A DNA stretch of 64,000 bases from a virus (IMGVR_UViG_2524614838_000004:20261-84260), one strand, 5' to 3'; positions 10,599-18,855 are shown, counted from the stretch's first letter. Notes: generated by a model not told the origin, from the sequence alone. Translations and numbers: made by a program.

Positions 10599-10865
10599 AT
10601 GGAAATAGGCGAATTAGATATGCATTGTGGCAACTGTGGTGTAATTGATTATTGCACAGAACCGTTTGAAACGCCAGCTTTATGCTGTGTCAGTGCACTT
10701 GCTGATGTTTCCGAAGAAGATTATATTCAGCTGGCAGAAGAAATAACGTCAGAGGAAATTGAAGAGAAACAGCGGCAGTATGAAGAAAATGGTGTGGGCT
10801 GGACGGACGAGGATAAAGGGGCTATTTGCGATATCGTACTGGAAAAATTGTTTTCAAAAGAATAG
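10599..10865 (+). CDS. Hypothetical protein
   Basis: RBS AAAGGAAG. Confidence 0.6.
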   Translation: MEIGELDMHCGNCGVIDYCTEPFETPALCCVSALADVSEEDYIQLAEEITSEEIEEKQRQYEENGVGWTDEDKGAICDIVLEKLFSKE

Positions 10866-10894
10866 GATTTAAAAGAAATATTGTTCCTTGATAA

Positions 10895-10923
10895 TTGAAT
10901 ATTGATGGTTGGTGGTGTATAAT
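10895..10923 (+). promoter_or_regulatory. SigA-type moron promoter
   Basis: TTGAAT-17 bp-TATAAT; near-identical to 28528-28556. Confidence 0.7.
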
Positions 10924-10957
10924 TATCTTATCAAATTTTATACAAGGGGGATAAGAA

Positions 10958-11329
10958 ATGGAGCAAAGAATTATTAATGGTCAAGCATATGCACACCCGT
11001 TTGAGTACATCATGCGTGACGTATTCCAATGTGACAGAGGCGGAGCTTGCGGAATGGCAGATGCTGATTTTATTAGAAAGCATCCTTATACAGCGGTAGC
11101 AGCAACATGTATGTACATATATGCTAATGCCGACGAGAAGAAAAAAGAAGAAATAGAGAAATTTCTTGAAGATGCCTATTTTCATTTCCAATTTGACTTA
11201 GACACACTTCTCTCATTTGAAACGAATGAGAAAGAAATTGATGGTGGATCATATACTTTGAGTTATGATAACGGAGAAGCAACAATTGAGGCGCTTGAAG
11301 AAAAGTTCAGGAATATTTGTAAGAAATAA
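10958..11329 (+). CDS. Acidic hypothetical protein (moron)
   Basis: Own promoter, RBS GGGGG and terminator. Confidence 0.7.
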   Translation: MEQRIINGQAYAHPFEYIMRDVFQCDRGGACGMADADFIRKHPYTAVAATCMYIYANADEKKKEEIEKFLEDAYFHFQFDLDTLLSFETNEKEIDGGSYTLSYDNGEATIEALEEKFRNICKK

Positions 11330-11335
11330 TTGTAA

Positions 11336-11369
11336 AAACCAACTATCAATATTCGGTAGTTGGTTTTTT
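11336..11369 (+). terminator. Rho-independent terminator
   Basis: ACCAACTA/TAGTTGGT stem followed by a T tract. Confidence 0.75.
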
Positions 11370-11381
11370 GTTACCCAAAAT

Positions 11382-11429
11382 GAAAGGAGGTCGGAGCTTC
11401 TGGCCAGGAGACACGTGTCGGCTCCTTTC
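11382..11429 (+). promoter_or_regulatory. Structured leader copy 3 before the PAPS-reductase-like gene
   Basis: GAAAGGAG/CTCCTTTC outer stem; CTGGCCAG hairpin; ACACGTGT palindrome. Confidence 0.55.
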
Positions 11430-11435
11430 GAGAAA

Positions 11436-12530
11436 ATGTATTTGCTTAAAGAAGGATTGAAATTCCCTAAAACAACGTTTGTCAATATGAAACATATGCC
11501 ATTTGAGATAAAACCATCTTTTAGCGCACAGCGCATAGTACAGTGGCACGAACATTGGGGTGGATTAATTTACATAGCATTTAGCGGAGGTCTTGATAGC
11601 ACGGTGTTGGCTCATTTAGTCTGCATGACTTATCGAGAATATGGACTGACCGGAGAGATACCATTGGTTTTTTGTGATACTGGAGTGGAATTCCCGGAGA
11701 TTAGAAAATTTGTTAAGGAATATGTCGCATGGTTGAAAACCCAATTTCCAGAGCTGACTATTACTTTAAAAATAATGTACCCAAAACATAATTTCAAGTG
11801 GGTGTGTGAGCATAAAGGATTTCCTCTGATCAGCAAAGATACAGCCAGTAAGATTAAAAAGTTAAGACATGGAAAACTAAGCGAGAAGTATCGCAATTAT
11901 CTTCTTAATGGTGATGAACGTGGAAAATTTGGCATGTTGGCTAAAAAGTGGCATTATCTAGCGGATAAACAGATTACAGAAGAGGATATTTCGGACATAT
12001 GCTGTGAGATTCTTAAAAAAGAACCTTTCAAGAGATATGTAAAGGAGACAGGTAGATATCCATTTATCGGGATTACACAGGACGAGGGATTTCGTCGAGA
12101 AAATCAGTACAATCATACGGGGTGCAACGTATATGATGGTACTACCATTAAAAGTCAACCGTTAGGATTCTGGACGAATCAGGATGTTCTACAGTATAAA
12201 ATGGAGAATGAAATTCCCATTTGCTGTGTATATGGAGAGGTAAGAAAGAATCATTGTGGGATATATGAATTAACGGGAGAACAAAGAACTGGTTGTATCA
12301 TATGTGGCTTTGGCTGTCATCTGGAAGCAGAGCCGAATCGCATACAACGCCTGGGAACTTCTTCTATTGATACACATAGAGAAGTATATAATTGGGGAAT
12401 GAGAATTGAGAACAATGGAGTTACTTATCAAGAAGCATTGAAACATTGTGGCGTAGCTACGGAGACCTGGGAATCGATTGGGCAAATGAATCTTGCTGAT
12501 TTTCTGAATGAAGAAAGGAAGGAACTCTGA
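11436..12530 (+). CDS. PAPS reductase-like (PP-loop) protein
   Basis: FSGGLDS PP-loop, CDTGVEFPE, CCEILKK, RTGCIICGF. Confidence 0.85.
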   Translation: MYLLKEGLKFPKTTFVNMKHMPFEIKPSFSAQRIVQWHEHWGGLIYIAFSGGLDSTVLAHLVCMTYREYGLTGEIPLVFCDTGVEFPEIRKFVKEYVAWLKTQFPELTITLKIMYPKHNFKWVCEHKGFPLISKDTASKIKKLRHGKLSEKYRNYLLNGDERGKFGMLAKKWHYLADKQITEEDISDICCEILKKEPFKRYVKETGRYPFIGITQDEGFRRENQYNHTGCNVYDGTTIKSQPLGFWTNQDVLQYKMENEIPICCVYGEVRKNHCGIYELTGEQRTGCIICGFGCHLEAEPNRIQRLGTSSIDTHREVYNWGMRIENNGVTYQEALKHCGVATETWESIGQMNLADFLNEERKEL

Positions 12531-12531
12531 A

Positions 12532-12735
12532 ATGGCACAAGTAAAATGGTTAGATGAAACCTGTAACTGCTGTGGTAAGCCAATTAACAGTTGGGATAAG
12601 CGAATATCAAAGGTCCTGGCCTATAAATATCCTTGCTGTGAGAAATGTATAGCAAAGGAGTATGATGTGGCAGTAGGAGCTCTTAGAAGCCGCATGGAGG
12701 ATTATTTTGGCATTAGGCCATGCATGGGGATATAG
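12532..12735 (+). CDS. Small Cys-rich protein
   Basis: CNCCG and CCEKC motifs. Confidence 0.6.
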   Translation: MAQVKWLDETCNCCGKPINSWDKRISKVLAYKYPCCEKCIAKEYDVAVGALRSRMEDYFGIRPCMGI

Positions 12736-12738
12736 GTA

Positions 12739-13926
12739 ATGGAAAAAGAATATAATTTACTTACCAAAGAGCTTTTGGCGGAGGGATACACGGTTGATAA
12801 TTTCCCTGCTTATGTGAGGATATGCACTTCCAGATTTTCAGGAGACAATCCACTTTTTAATTTGGCAGGCGGATTTGAATATCTTCCATCATACAGAGAT
12901 GAATTTATATATAAAACAGGCTGTGGAATGTATGTAAAAGGGAGCCATGTACTTAGCGATATGAGCTATATGGGTATTGATTGGAGCCATGAAAATAACT
13001 GCCCGGTTATCCGTTGTCCTTATGATAGAGCTGATTGTCCGGATAATAATGAGATTTTACATGGTTTGCAAGGCGGTGGCCTGTGTATCCAATGCTGGTG
13101 TGTCTGTCATAAGACCCAAGAAATATATGATTATGAAAATAGTTTGGAAAAGGCCAATAAAGAACGCAACGATGAAATAGACCGAAAATACAAAGAATAT
13201 GTTGAAACTCACCATGGCAGAGTGTGCCGCAATCACATGGGTTATGATGAGCGAATAAGGACGTGGAGCCAGTATTATGAACCTTCCAGATGTGCTAAAA
13301 TTTGCTATAGTCAGGACGGATATTGCCCTATACTTGGAAAACAGTTAAACAAGAAGCGTGGAAATGTTTATTATGATTTAAAAACCAGTTGTCGCCGGCA
13401 TGATGATACAATCTTCAATGGGGACCATTCGGTCTCAGTCGAAAAAGGTATCCGGTATTTTGACCGTCCTGTTAGTATGGATATTTGTGAGGCATTTATT
13501 AAAGTACAGTCTGGTAATATTTATGAACGCCTAAAACGTAACGTGCGTTCCGAGCAATTTTTTGACAAGAGTTATTCCATAGAGGTCTTGAATATTCGAG
13601 CAGAATCGAAACCCAGCAGAGATTTATTACAAGACTTGCAGGACATAAAAGACGGAATTCAGGTTACTCATGCAACCGATGTGGAAAAGCTTTCTAAGAG
13701 TGCAAAAAGAGAACAGCGCCAGATTACGAAGCAAAAGAAAATTGAGAAATTAGAAAAGAAAATACTTGAGGTCGGATATGAGAATTTTGAAGAGTTTAGC
13801 CTTGATAAGATACATGCTGATAAATGGCTTTCGGAAGAACGAATAGAAGAGTTGGAAAATATACGAAAACAGAAGATAAAAGAAGAACAGGAGAAACCAG
13901 TACAGTTAAGCCTGTTTGATTTGTAA
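12739..13926 (+). CDS. Cys-rich hypothetical protein, 395 aa
   Basis: Long ORF ending in the QLSLFDL motif common in phage proteins. Confidence 0.7.
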   Translation: MEKEYNLLTKELLAEGYTVDNFPAYVRICTSRFSGDNPLFNLAGGFEYLPSYRDEFIYKTGCGMYVKGSHVLSDMSYMGIDWSHENNCPVIRCPYDRADCPDNNEILHGLQGGGLCIQCWCVCHKTQEIYDYENSLEKANKERNDEIDRKYKEYVETHHGRVCRNHMGYDERIRTWSQYYEPSRCAKICYSQDGYCPILGKQLNKKRGNVYYDLKTSCRRHDDTIFNGDHSVSVEKGIRYFDRPVSMDICEAFIKVQSGNIYERLKRNVRSEQFFDKSYSIEVLNIRAESKPSRDLLQDLQDIKDGIQVTHATDVEKLSKSAKREQRQITKQKKIEKLEKKILEVGYENFEEFSLDKIHADKWLSEERIEELENIRKQKIKEEQEKPVQLSLFDL

Positions 13927-13977
13927 ACTTTAAATATATAGCCGGGGCAGAGTCCCCGGTAAAAAAATAACCCGAAA

Positions 13978-13991
13978 AGAACATACATTCG
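13978..13991. promoter_or_regulatory. LexA/DinR (Cheo-type) SOS box
   Basis: AGAACATACATTCG; 13 of 14 bases identical to the box upstream of the Y-family polymerase. Confidence 0.6.
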
Positions 13992-14119
13992 AATCAATAA
14001 CAATAAACAAGCGGCAGAGTCCCCGACCAAAGTTCTTCTACCGCTTTACGCTTAAGGACATTATAAATCAAATTGTCTCCTTAAGCAACTGAAATTTATA
14101 GAAAAGGAGATTACATGTT

Positions 14120-15157
14120 ATGAATGGACAAACTGTTAAAGCACAGGTTATCAATAATATTATTGTTGCTATGGCAGGGCATGTGGCGAAAGATGTTCTG
14201 GATATTCTTCATCAGGTGATTGTAAAAGAATTTGTAAATGTCAATATGGAAGAGATAACAACCCTCCCGGCAGAGTACCAGAATGATACGGATCAGAAGA
14301 ATAAGTATATCATTCAGCTTTTCATCGTCAAGAAGAAAATCAAGGATAATACAAAGGAAGCGTATCTTAGTGCCATTAAGCGTCTGATTACCCTGATTGA
14401 TAAGCCATTGGACCGAATAGAGGAATCCGATATCAGCTATTATCTGTCCTGGTATGAGAAGCGGAATATTAATGCCGGCGGTAAGAAGAATCAGGCCGTG
14501 ACCGTGAATAATGAAAGACGTTTCCTGTCAGCATTCTACACCTGGATGAGGAAGGAAAAGTTAATCAGTGACAATCCTGTGGAGGCAACAGATCCGCTGA
14601 AAACAATTCGAAAGCCGATTGATTATTTTAAACCAGAAGAGATGGCGAAGATGAGGGACGCATGCAAGAATTCTAGAGATCGCGCATTAATTGAAGTGTT
14701 GCGGAGCACCGGGGCCAGAGTGGGAGAGTTGGTTGAGATCACCCTTGACCAGATAGACTGGAATACCGGGGATATTATGATTCAGGGGGAAAAGAATGAC
14801 AGGTATGAGCCTATATTCTTAGATGATGAAGCGCGGTATTATTACAGGCAGTATCTGGATTTAAGGAATGATGAAAGTCCGTTTATGTTTCCACAATGTA
14901 GGGCACCTTATTGGAAAATGTCAACGTCTGGAATCCGGAGCGTTATAAAAACCATTGGCAATCGAGCAAAGTTGAAATGCCGAGTGTATCCTCATAAATT
15001 GCGTAAAACTCTGGGAATGAGCCTTAAAAACAAGGGAGTGGACCTTGGCACCATTCAGGAGATTTTGAGGCATTCCAGTCCGTCAGTAACGGCTATTTAT
15101 TACGCTCAATCTACACCGAATACATTAAGAAGTGTGAGAGAGAGGTGTGCAGGATAA
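14120..15157 (+). CDS. XerC/D-like tyrosine recombinase
   Basis: STGARVGE, HKLRKT, LRHSS, TAIYY motifs; N-terminal SAM-like domain. Confidence 0.9.
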   Translation: MNGQTVKAQVINNIIVAMAGHVAKDVLDILHQVIVKEFVNVNMEEITTLPAEYQNDTDQKNKYIIQLFIVKKKIKDNTKEAYLSAIKRLITLIDKPLDRIEESDISYYLSWYEKRNINAGGKKNQAVTVNNERRFLSAFYTWMRKEKLISDNPVEATDPLKTIRKPIDYFKPEEMAKMRDACKNSRDRALIEVLRSTGARVGELVEITLDQIDWNTGDIMIQGEKNDRYEPIFLDDEARYYYRQYLDLRNDESPFMFPQCRAPYWKMSTSGIRSVIKTIGNRAKLKCRVYPHKLRKTLGMSLKNKGVDLGTIQEILRHSSPSVTAIYYAQSTPNTLRSVRERCAG

Positions 15158-15528
15158 TGGGAAATAATACAAGAAATCAATTAAAAAATCTGGTTACCAT
15201 TAATGCTGCAATCGAAGAAGCAGGGGAAGAAATCCAGATGGTGCAGAAGGAAATGAATATTCATGGCCATGATAAAAAGTATGTTTCTGCTTTGAATGCG
15301 CTGAATCAAAAGATTGTATATTTTCGGTATCAGAAAGTCAAAGTCTGCATGGATTTGTATGATAAAATTGAAGCCATTGAAGATGAACAGGAGAAGCGGT
15401 TGCTTAAGTACCGATATATAAGAGGTTACCGATGGGAGATTATTGCTGATAAGATGGGATATAGTGTCAGGCAGGTTTTCAATATACACAATAAGGCCAT
15501 CAAGTTACTTTGCATAGAAGTGCAGTGA
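15157..15528 (+). CDS. ArpU/DUF1492-like transcriptional activator
   Basis: LLKYRYIRGYRWEIIADKMGYSVRQV sigma-region-4-like HTH. Confidence 0.75.
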   Translation: MGNNTRNQLKNLVTINAAIEEAGEEIQMVQKEMNIHGHDKKYVSALNALNQKIVYFRYQKVKVCMDLYDKIEAIEDEQEKRLLKYRYIRGYRWEIIADKMGYSVRQVFNIHNKAIKLLCIEVQ

Positions 15529-15569
15529 ATCTTTGTGATATGCTCCAAATTATAAAGGAGGCTTATTGC

Positions 15570-16325
15570 ATGAACAGTTTTATTAGTTGGATTGGTGGAA
15601 AGAAGTTATTGAGAAAGCAGATACTGGAACAGTTCCCGGATCAGGATTCCTATAACCGGTATATTGAGGTATTTGGCGGAGCTGGCTGGCTATTATTTTC
15701 AAGAGATAAACATGCTCCTTTGGAAGTCTTTAATGATGTCAACGGGGAATTGATCAATCTATACCGGGTGGTTAAATATCACCCGGAGCCATTGCAGAAA
15801 GAGATGGAATGGTTATTAATGTCTCGCGAGCAATTCTTTGACGAACTGAATCGAAACACCAGAGGAGTGACGGATATACAACGCGCTGCTAGGTACTTCT
15901 GTTTGATTAAGGAAAGTTTTGGAACAGACTGCAGATCATTTGGAGTGAGTTCCAGAGACATACATAAGGCAGTGGATTATTTGAAAGATGTATCAAATCG
16001 ATTGAACCGCGTCGTTATTGAAAACCAGGACTTTGAACGACTGATAAAAACATATGACAGGCCAGATTCGTTATTCTATCTGGATCCTCCATATTACGAA
16101 GCAGAGAAATATTATCCGGACCGGTTCAATCCGGAGGATCATGAAAGGCTGTGTAAATGCCTGAGTGATTTAAAGGGAAGATTCGTTTTATCTTATAACG
16201 ATTGCCAGCAGATACGTGATTTGTATGAGGGATATACTATCATTGAAGTTGACAGAATGAATAATTTGTTGAACAAGGATAGGAGCAGGAGATACAAGGA
16301 GTTGATCATAAAGAATTTCAAATAA
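15570..16325 (+). CDS. dam: DNA adenine methyltransferase (Dam family)
   Basis: WIGGK, EVFGGAG, NDVN and DPPY motifs. Confidence 0.9.
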   Translation: MNSFISWIGGKKLLRKQILEQFPDQDSYNRYIEVFGGAGWLLFSRDKHAPLEVFNDVNGELINLYRVVKYHPEPLQKEMEWLLMSREQFFDELNRNTRGVTDIQRAARYFCLIKESFGTDCRSFGVSSRDIHKAVDYLKDVSNRLNRVVIENQDFERLIKTYDRPDSLFYLDPPYYEAEKYYPDRFNPEDHERLCKCLSDLKGRFVLSYNDCQQIRDLYEGYTIIEVDRMNNLLNKDRSRRYKELIIKNFK

Positions 16326-16956
16326 GGTAAATGATTTTGATACCCCCCGGGTATGCGTTTCTTAATCTGGAATGCTCATTTTGAAACTTTGAAAATTAAC
16401 GTTAAAAATCTGACTTAGATTGTGCTGATATTTTGAAAAAAATCCAGTTCATATCCTTGTGATATTTTGAAAATTTTCAGATTGCTCTTGTAAAGGATTA
16501 TCGTTCTTGCTATGATTATGCAGGCATTACCACATGGCTTAATCCCCAGCCAGGGCCTTGTATTTGCCCCGCAGAGGGCATTAAGATAGCACGTGGTCAC
16601 TTGATCGCATTTAGAGACCCGAACCAATATAAAGGCTATTTGGTGTTATGATATCATATGCCAGTAGAGACTTCAAGGACAAAATCAGAAAGCCAATTGA
16701 ACCGCCAGAATGGTGGCCCGCGTTGCGTAGCTTTATCAAACATAAGCTTGTACCTCCTCACTTAGATTTTTGCATACATCAAGCCGCGCCCGTCCACGTC
16801 CTGCCCCGTGGCTTTGTAGGGCGTAGCCTGATCATATGCGGGGTGCTATCGTGCAACCGTTTAAACGCCGGATTACATCACCGGGGCGGTGTAAGATGGA
16901 TAGTTGCCGGCTTGCGTCAGGCAGTAGGCAGGTACACGCCTTTAGCAAGTGCTTAA

Positions 16957-16996
16957 TGGCCGCCGCCGGAATCGAACCAGCGGTACTCCAACGGCC
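16957..16996 (-). ncRNA. tRNA minihelix (acceptor stem plus T-arm only)
   Basis: Minus strand GGCCGTT-GGAGTACC-GCTGG-TTCGATT-CCGGC-GGCGGCC-A; no D or anticodon arm. Confidence 0.65.
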
Positions 16997-17004
16997 TGCG
17001 AGTG

Positions 17005-17325
17005 CTATTTTTCGATGTATCCAGCTTTTTCGAGTGCTAGAGCCACAGGGTCAGTTATACTGACTATGGCATAGGTGTTCCAACCATTTTCTACTACGGT
17101 GTGGACGATAGCTTCAGCACCCATACGGCGACACCACTTAGCGAAACGTTCGATATTGCTTCGAAAACAACGGGGGTATTTATAGCGCTCAAGGTTAATG
17201 CAGTATAAGTACCCGGCTATGCAACCGGGGTACTTGGCGTAATTTGTTATCTGATGAATTAACGCGACCCTCCTATAACGGCCCTGATATCCAAGTAAGG
17301 TGTCAACATATTTTGGTATGGTCAT
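17005..17325 (-). CDS. Hypothetical protein of the leftward operon
   Basis: ATG after AAGGAAAG; the longer GTG start in the track lies inside an RNA element. Confidence 0.65.
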   Translation of the reverse strand: MTIPKYVDTLLGYQGRYRRVALIHQITNYAKYPGCIAGYLYCINLERYKYPRCFRSNIERFAKWCRRMGAEAIVHTVVENGWNTYAIVSITDPVALALEKAGYIEK

Positions 17326-17369
17326 CTTTCCTTTTTCTTCCCTTATCCCTGGGAGCCGGGAAATAAAAG

Positions 17370-17412
17370 AACGGTGGCGGACTGAACCGCCCACGGCTTA
17401 ACCGTAACCGCC
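17370..17412 (-). ncRNA. Three-way-junction element with CGGTTAAGCCGT hairpin (copy 2)
   Basis: GGCGGT/ACCGTT, ACGG/CCGT and GGCGG-TTCAGT-CCGCC stems. Confidence 0.45.
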
Positions 17413-17539
17413 TAAATTGGATTTACTGGACCATGGTTTTAATAAAATCATCTATGCTGTTATTTGCAGTAAAATAATTTGCTGGGAAGTGCTGATCCAC
17501 TATCTTTTTCAGTGCTGATATTGCGCTTTTTAAGGTTTT

Positions 17540-17857
17540 TTATGGTTTGTATAAAGTCCAGTAGTCTTGATATTCATTTAATAACTCAGAGAAGTAAAAA
17601 TCCTTTTGCATTATCACGTATTGCCCGTCTTGGGATTTTACCATGTAACTGTTCTTTATTTCCTCTTCTCTTTCTTTAAGCATATTCCGATCGCTTTCCT
17701 CTTCAACAATTTCAACAGAATTGCATTTCTGGAGGTTATCAGAAACAATTCCGATATTAAAAACTTTCCCTACGTAATAAGCTGTAGCTTCTTGAACTGT
17801 CCCATTGAAGCGTGTTGTTGTGTTGTCACCGTTTGCATAATTTACTTTAATTGTCAT
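17540..17857 (-). CDS. Hypothetical protein of the leftward operon
   Basis: RBS AGGAGG. Confidence 0.65.
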   Translation of the reverse strand: MTIKVNYANGDNTTTRFNGTVQEATAYYVGKVFNIGIVSDNLQKCNSVEIVEEESDRNMLKEREEEIKNSYMVKSQDGQYVIMQKDFYFSELLNEYQDYWTLYKP

Positions 17858-17884
17858 AGTGTTGTCCTCCTAAAATTTGGTAAT

Positions 17885-17923
17885 CCGGCGGTTGCTTTGA
17901 CGCTACGGCTTGACCGCCGCCGG
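17885..17923 (-). ncRNA. Three-way-junction element with CGGTCAAGCCGT hairpin (copy 1)
   Basis: CCGGCGG/CCGCCGG closing stem. Confidence 0.45.
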
Positions 17924-17928
17924 TTAAA

Positions 17929-18135
17929 TTAGATAATTGCAATTCGCTTGTCTCCACTGTCAAGGGCTTTCTGGAGCTTGTTAGACATACTGGTTAAGTT
18001 CTCCGCTTTGAGATTTAAGAGCCCCTTTTCAATGGTGCTTGCTTCGGGGGACGCGGCGGCATTTGTATTGATTGCCGCATTCCTATCAAGCTCCCCAATA
18101 ATCCATGCAATTTCAGTTGTTGTCAAATTAATCAT
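17929..18135 (-). CDS. Hypothetical protein (MINLTTTEIAW...)
   Basis: ATG after GGAGG; the upstream ATG in the track lies inside the twister ribozyme. Confidence 0.65.
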   Translation of the reverse strand: MINLTTTEIAWIIGELDRNAAINTNAAASPEASTIEKGLLNLKAENLTSMSNKLQKALDSGDKRIAII

Positions 18136-18160
18136 TCTGTTACCTCCGATTTTTTGTTTT

Positions 18161-18220
18161 CCTCCGCTCTGCATTTACCAGGGCTTGTGACCTGCGGAGC
18201 TTGTCCGGCTGCATTAGAGG
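18161..18220 (-). ncRNA. Twister ribozyme, type P1
   Basis: CCTC-TAA-TGCAGC-(CGGA/TCCG)-CAGGTCACAAGCCCTG-GTAAA-TGCAGAG-CG-GAGG matches the twister core; predicted U/A cleavage at 18216/18215. Confidence 0.85.
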
Positions 18221-18235
18221 GGCGGCAGTGGCCGC

Positions 18236-18412
18236 CTAATAAGCGAATTTCGAATTGAAGATGATGGACATGTAATGAGATTTTGAAACTCTTATCGGCC
18301 GGAAGTTCAGGCAACCTACTTGCTGGCCTATGTAGTAGTGGTTGCATTTTGAAATTTTGCAGATCCAAATTTTATTTTGATTCCAGTTATCTACCCTGTG
18401 TTCTGTTTTCAT
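18236..18412 (-). CDS. Small hypothetical protein, 58 aa (MKTEHRVDNWNQNKIW...)
   Basis: RBS AAAGGAG; translated by hand. Confidence 0.6.
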   Translation of the reverse strand: MKTEHRVDNWNQNKIWICKISKCNHYYIGQQVGCLNFRPIRVSKSHYMSIIFNSKFAY

Positions 18413-18427
18413 GTGGAGCTCCTTTCC

Positions 18428-18763
18428 TTAAGCGAATATGAAATTGTGAATCTTATTTTTCATGGTAGCAGGCATTAAGAAAGCGTAACCAGTGCGAACT
18501 CTCCAGCTACAAACTGCACGAGTAGCAATGTAAAGCCGTTTCTGCTGTTCACTATCAAGTTGTAAAACTTCTATAATCGCCTGAACTGCGCTTTGTGCTC
18601 TATCGTGTGACTGATTGGCATATGACAGGTGATCTTTGCGTTTTTTCAAGCCATCAAAATCTCCGTTGTAAAGTGTCTTCCCAGAATAGCAATAATCGTT
18701 ATAACAGGTGTTTTGTTCCTCGACTAAATCAATCAGCCTTTCGATGTCAATGTTCATTTTCAT
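18428..18763 (-). CDS. Hypothetical protein of the leftward operon
   Basis: RBS GAAAGGCGGT. Confidence 0.65.
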   Translation of the reverse strand: MKMNIDIERLIDLVEEQNTCYNDYCYSGKTLYNGDFDGLKKRKDHLSYANQSHDRAQSAVQAIIEVLQLDSEQQKRLYIATRAVCSWRVRTGYAFLMPATMKNKIHNFIFA

Positions 18764-18800
18764 AATTTCTACCGCCTTTCAATGCGACTTGTTTATAAGT

Positions 18801-18855
18801 ATCCCGACCGCCAGCCGGCGGTTTCGTCTTAATTTTCAAAGACTCTTCAGGGGAT
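18801..18855 (-). ncRNA. Hammerhead ribozyme, type I
   Basis: ATCCC-CTGAAGA-GTCTT..AAGAC-GAAA-CCGCC..GGCGG-TC-GGGAT; GUC cleavage at 18806/18805. Confidence 0.9.

Noticed and set aside
16817-16872. Canonical hatchet ribozyme on the plus strand
   Set aside because: Core segments resemble it, but P2 (CTTTG versus GCCGG) does not pair, the upstream P1-CAA is absent, and the orientation is opposite to the operon; kept only as an unassigned structured block
16415-16956. ORFs 16415-16627 (-), 16648-16956 (+) and 16836-17063 (+)
   Set aside because: No convincing RBS; they overlap structured RNA; likely spurious or decayed
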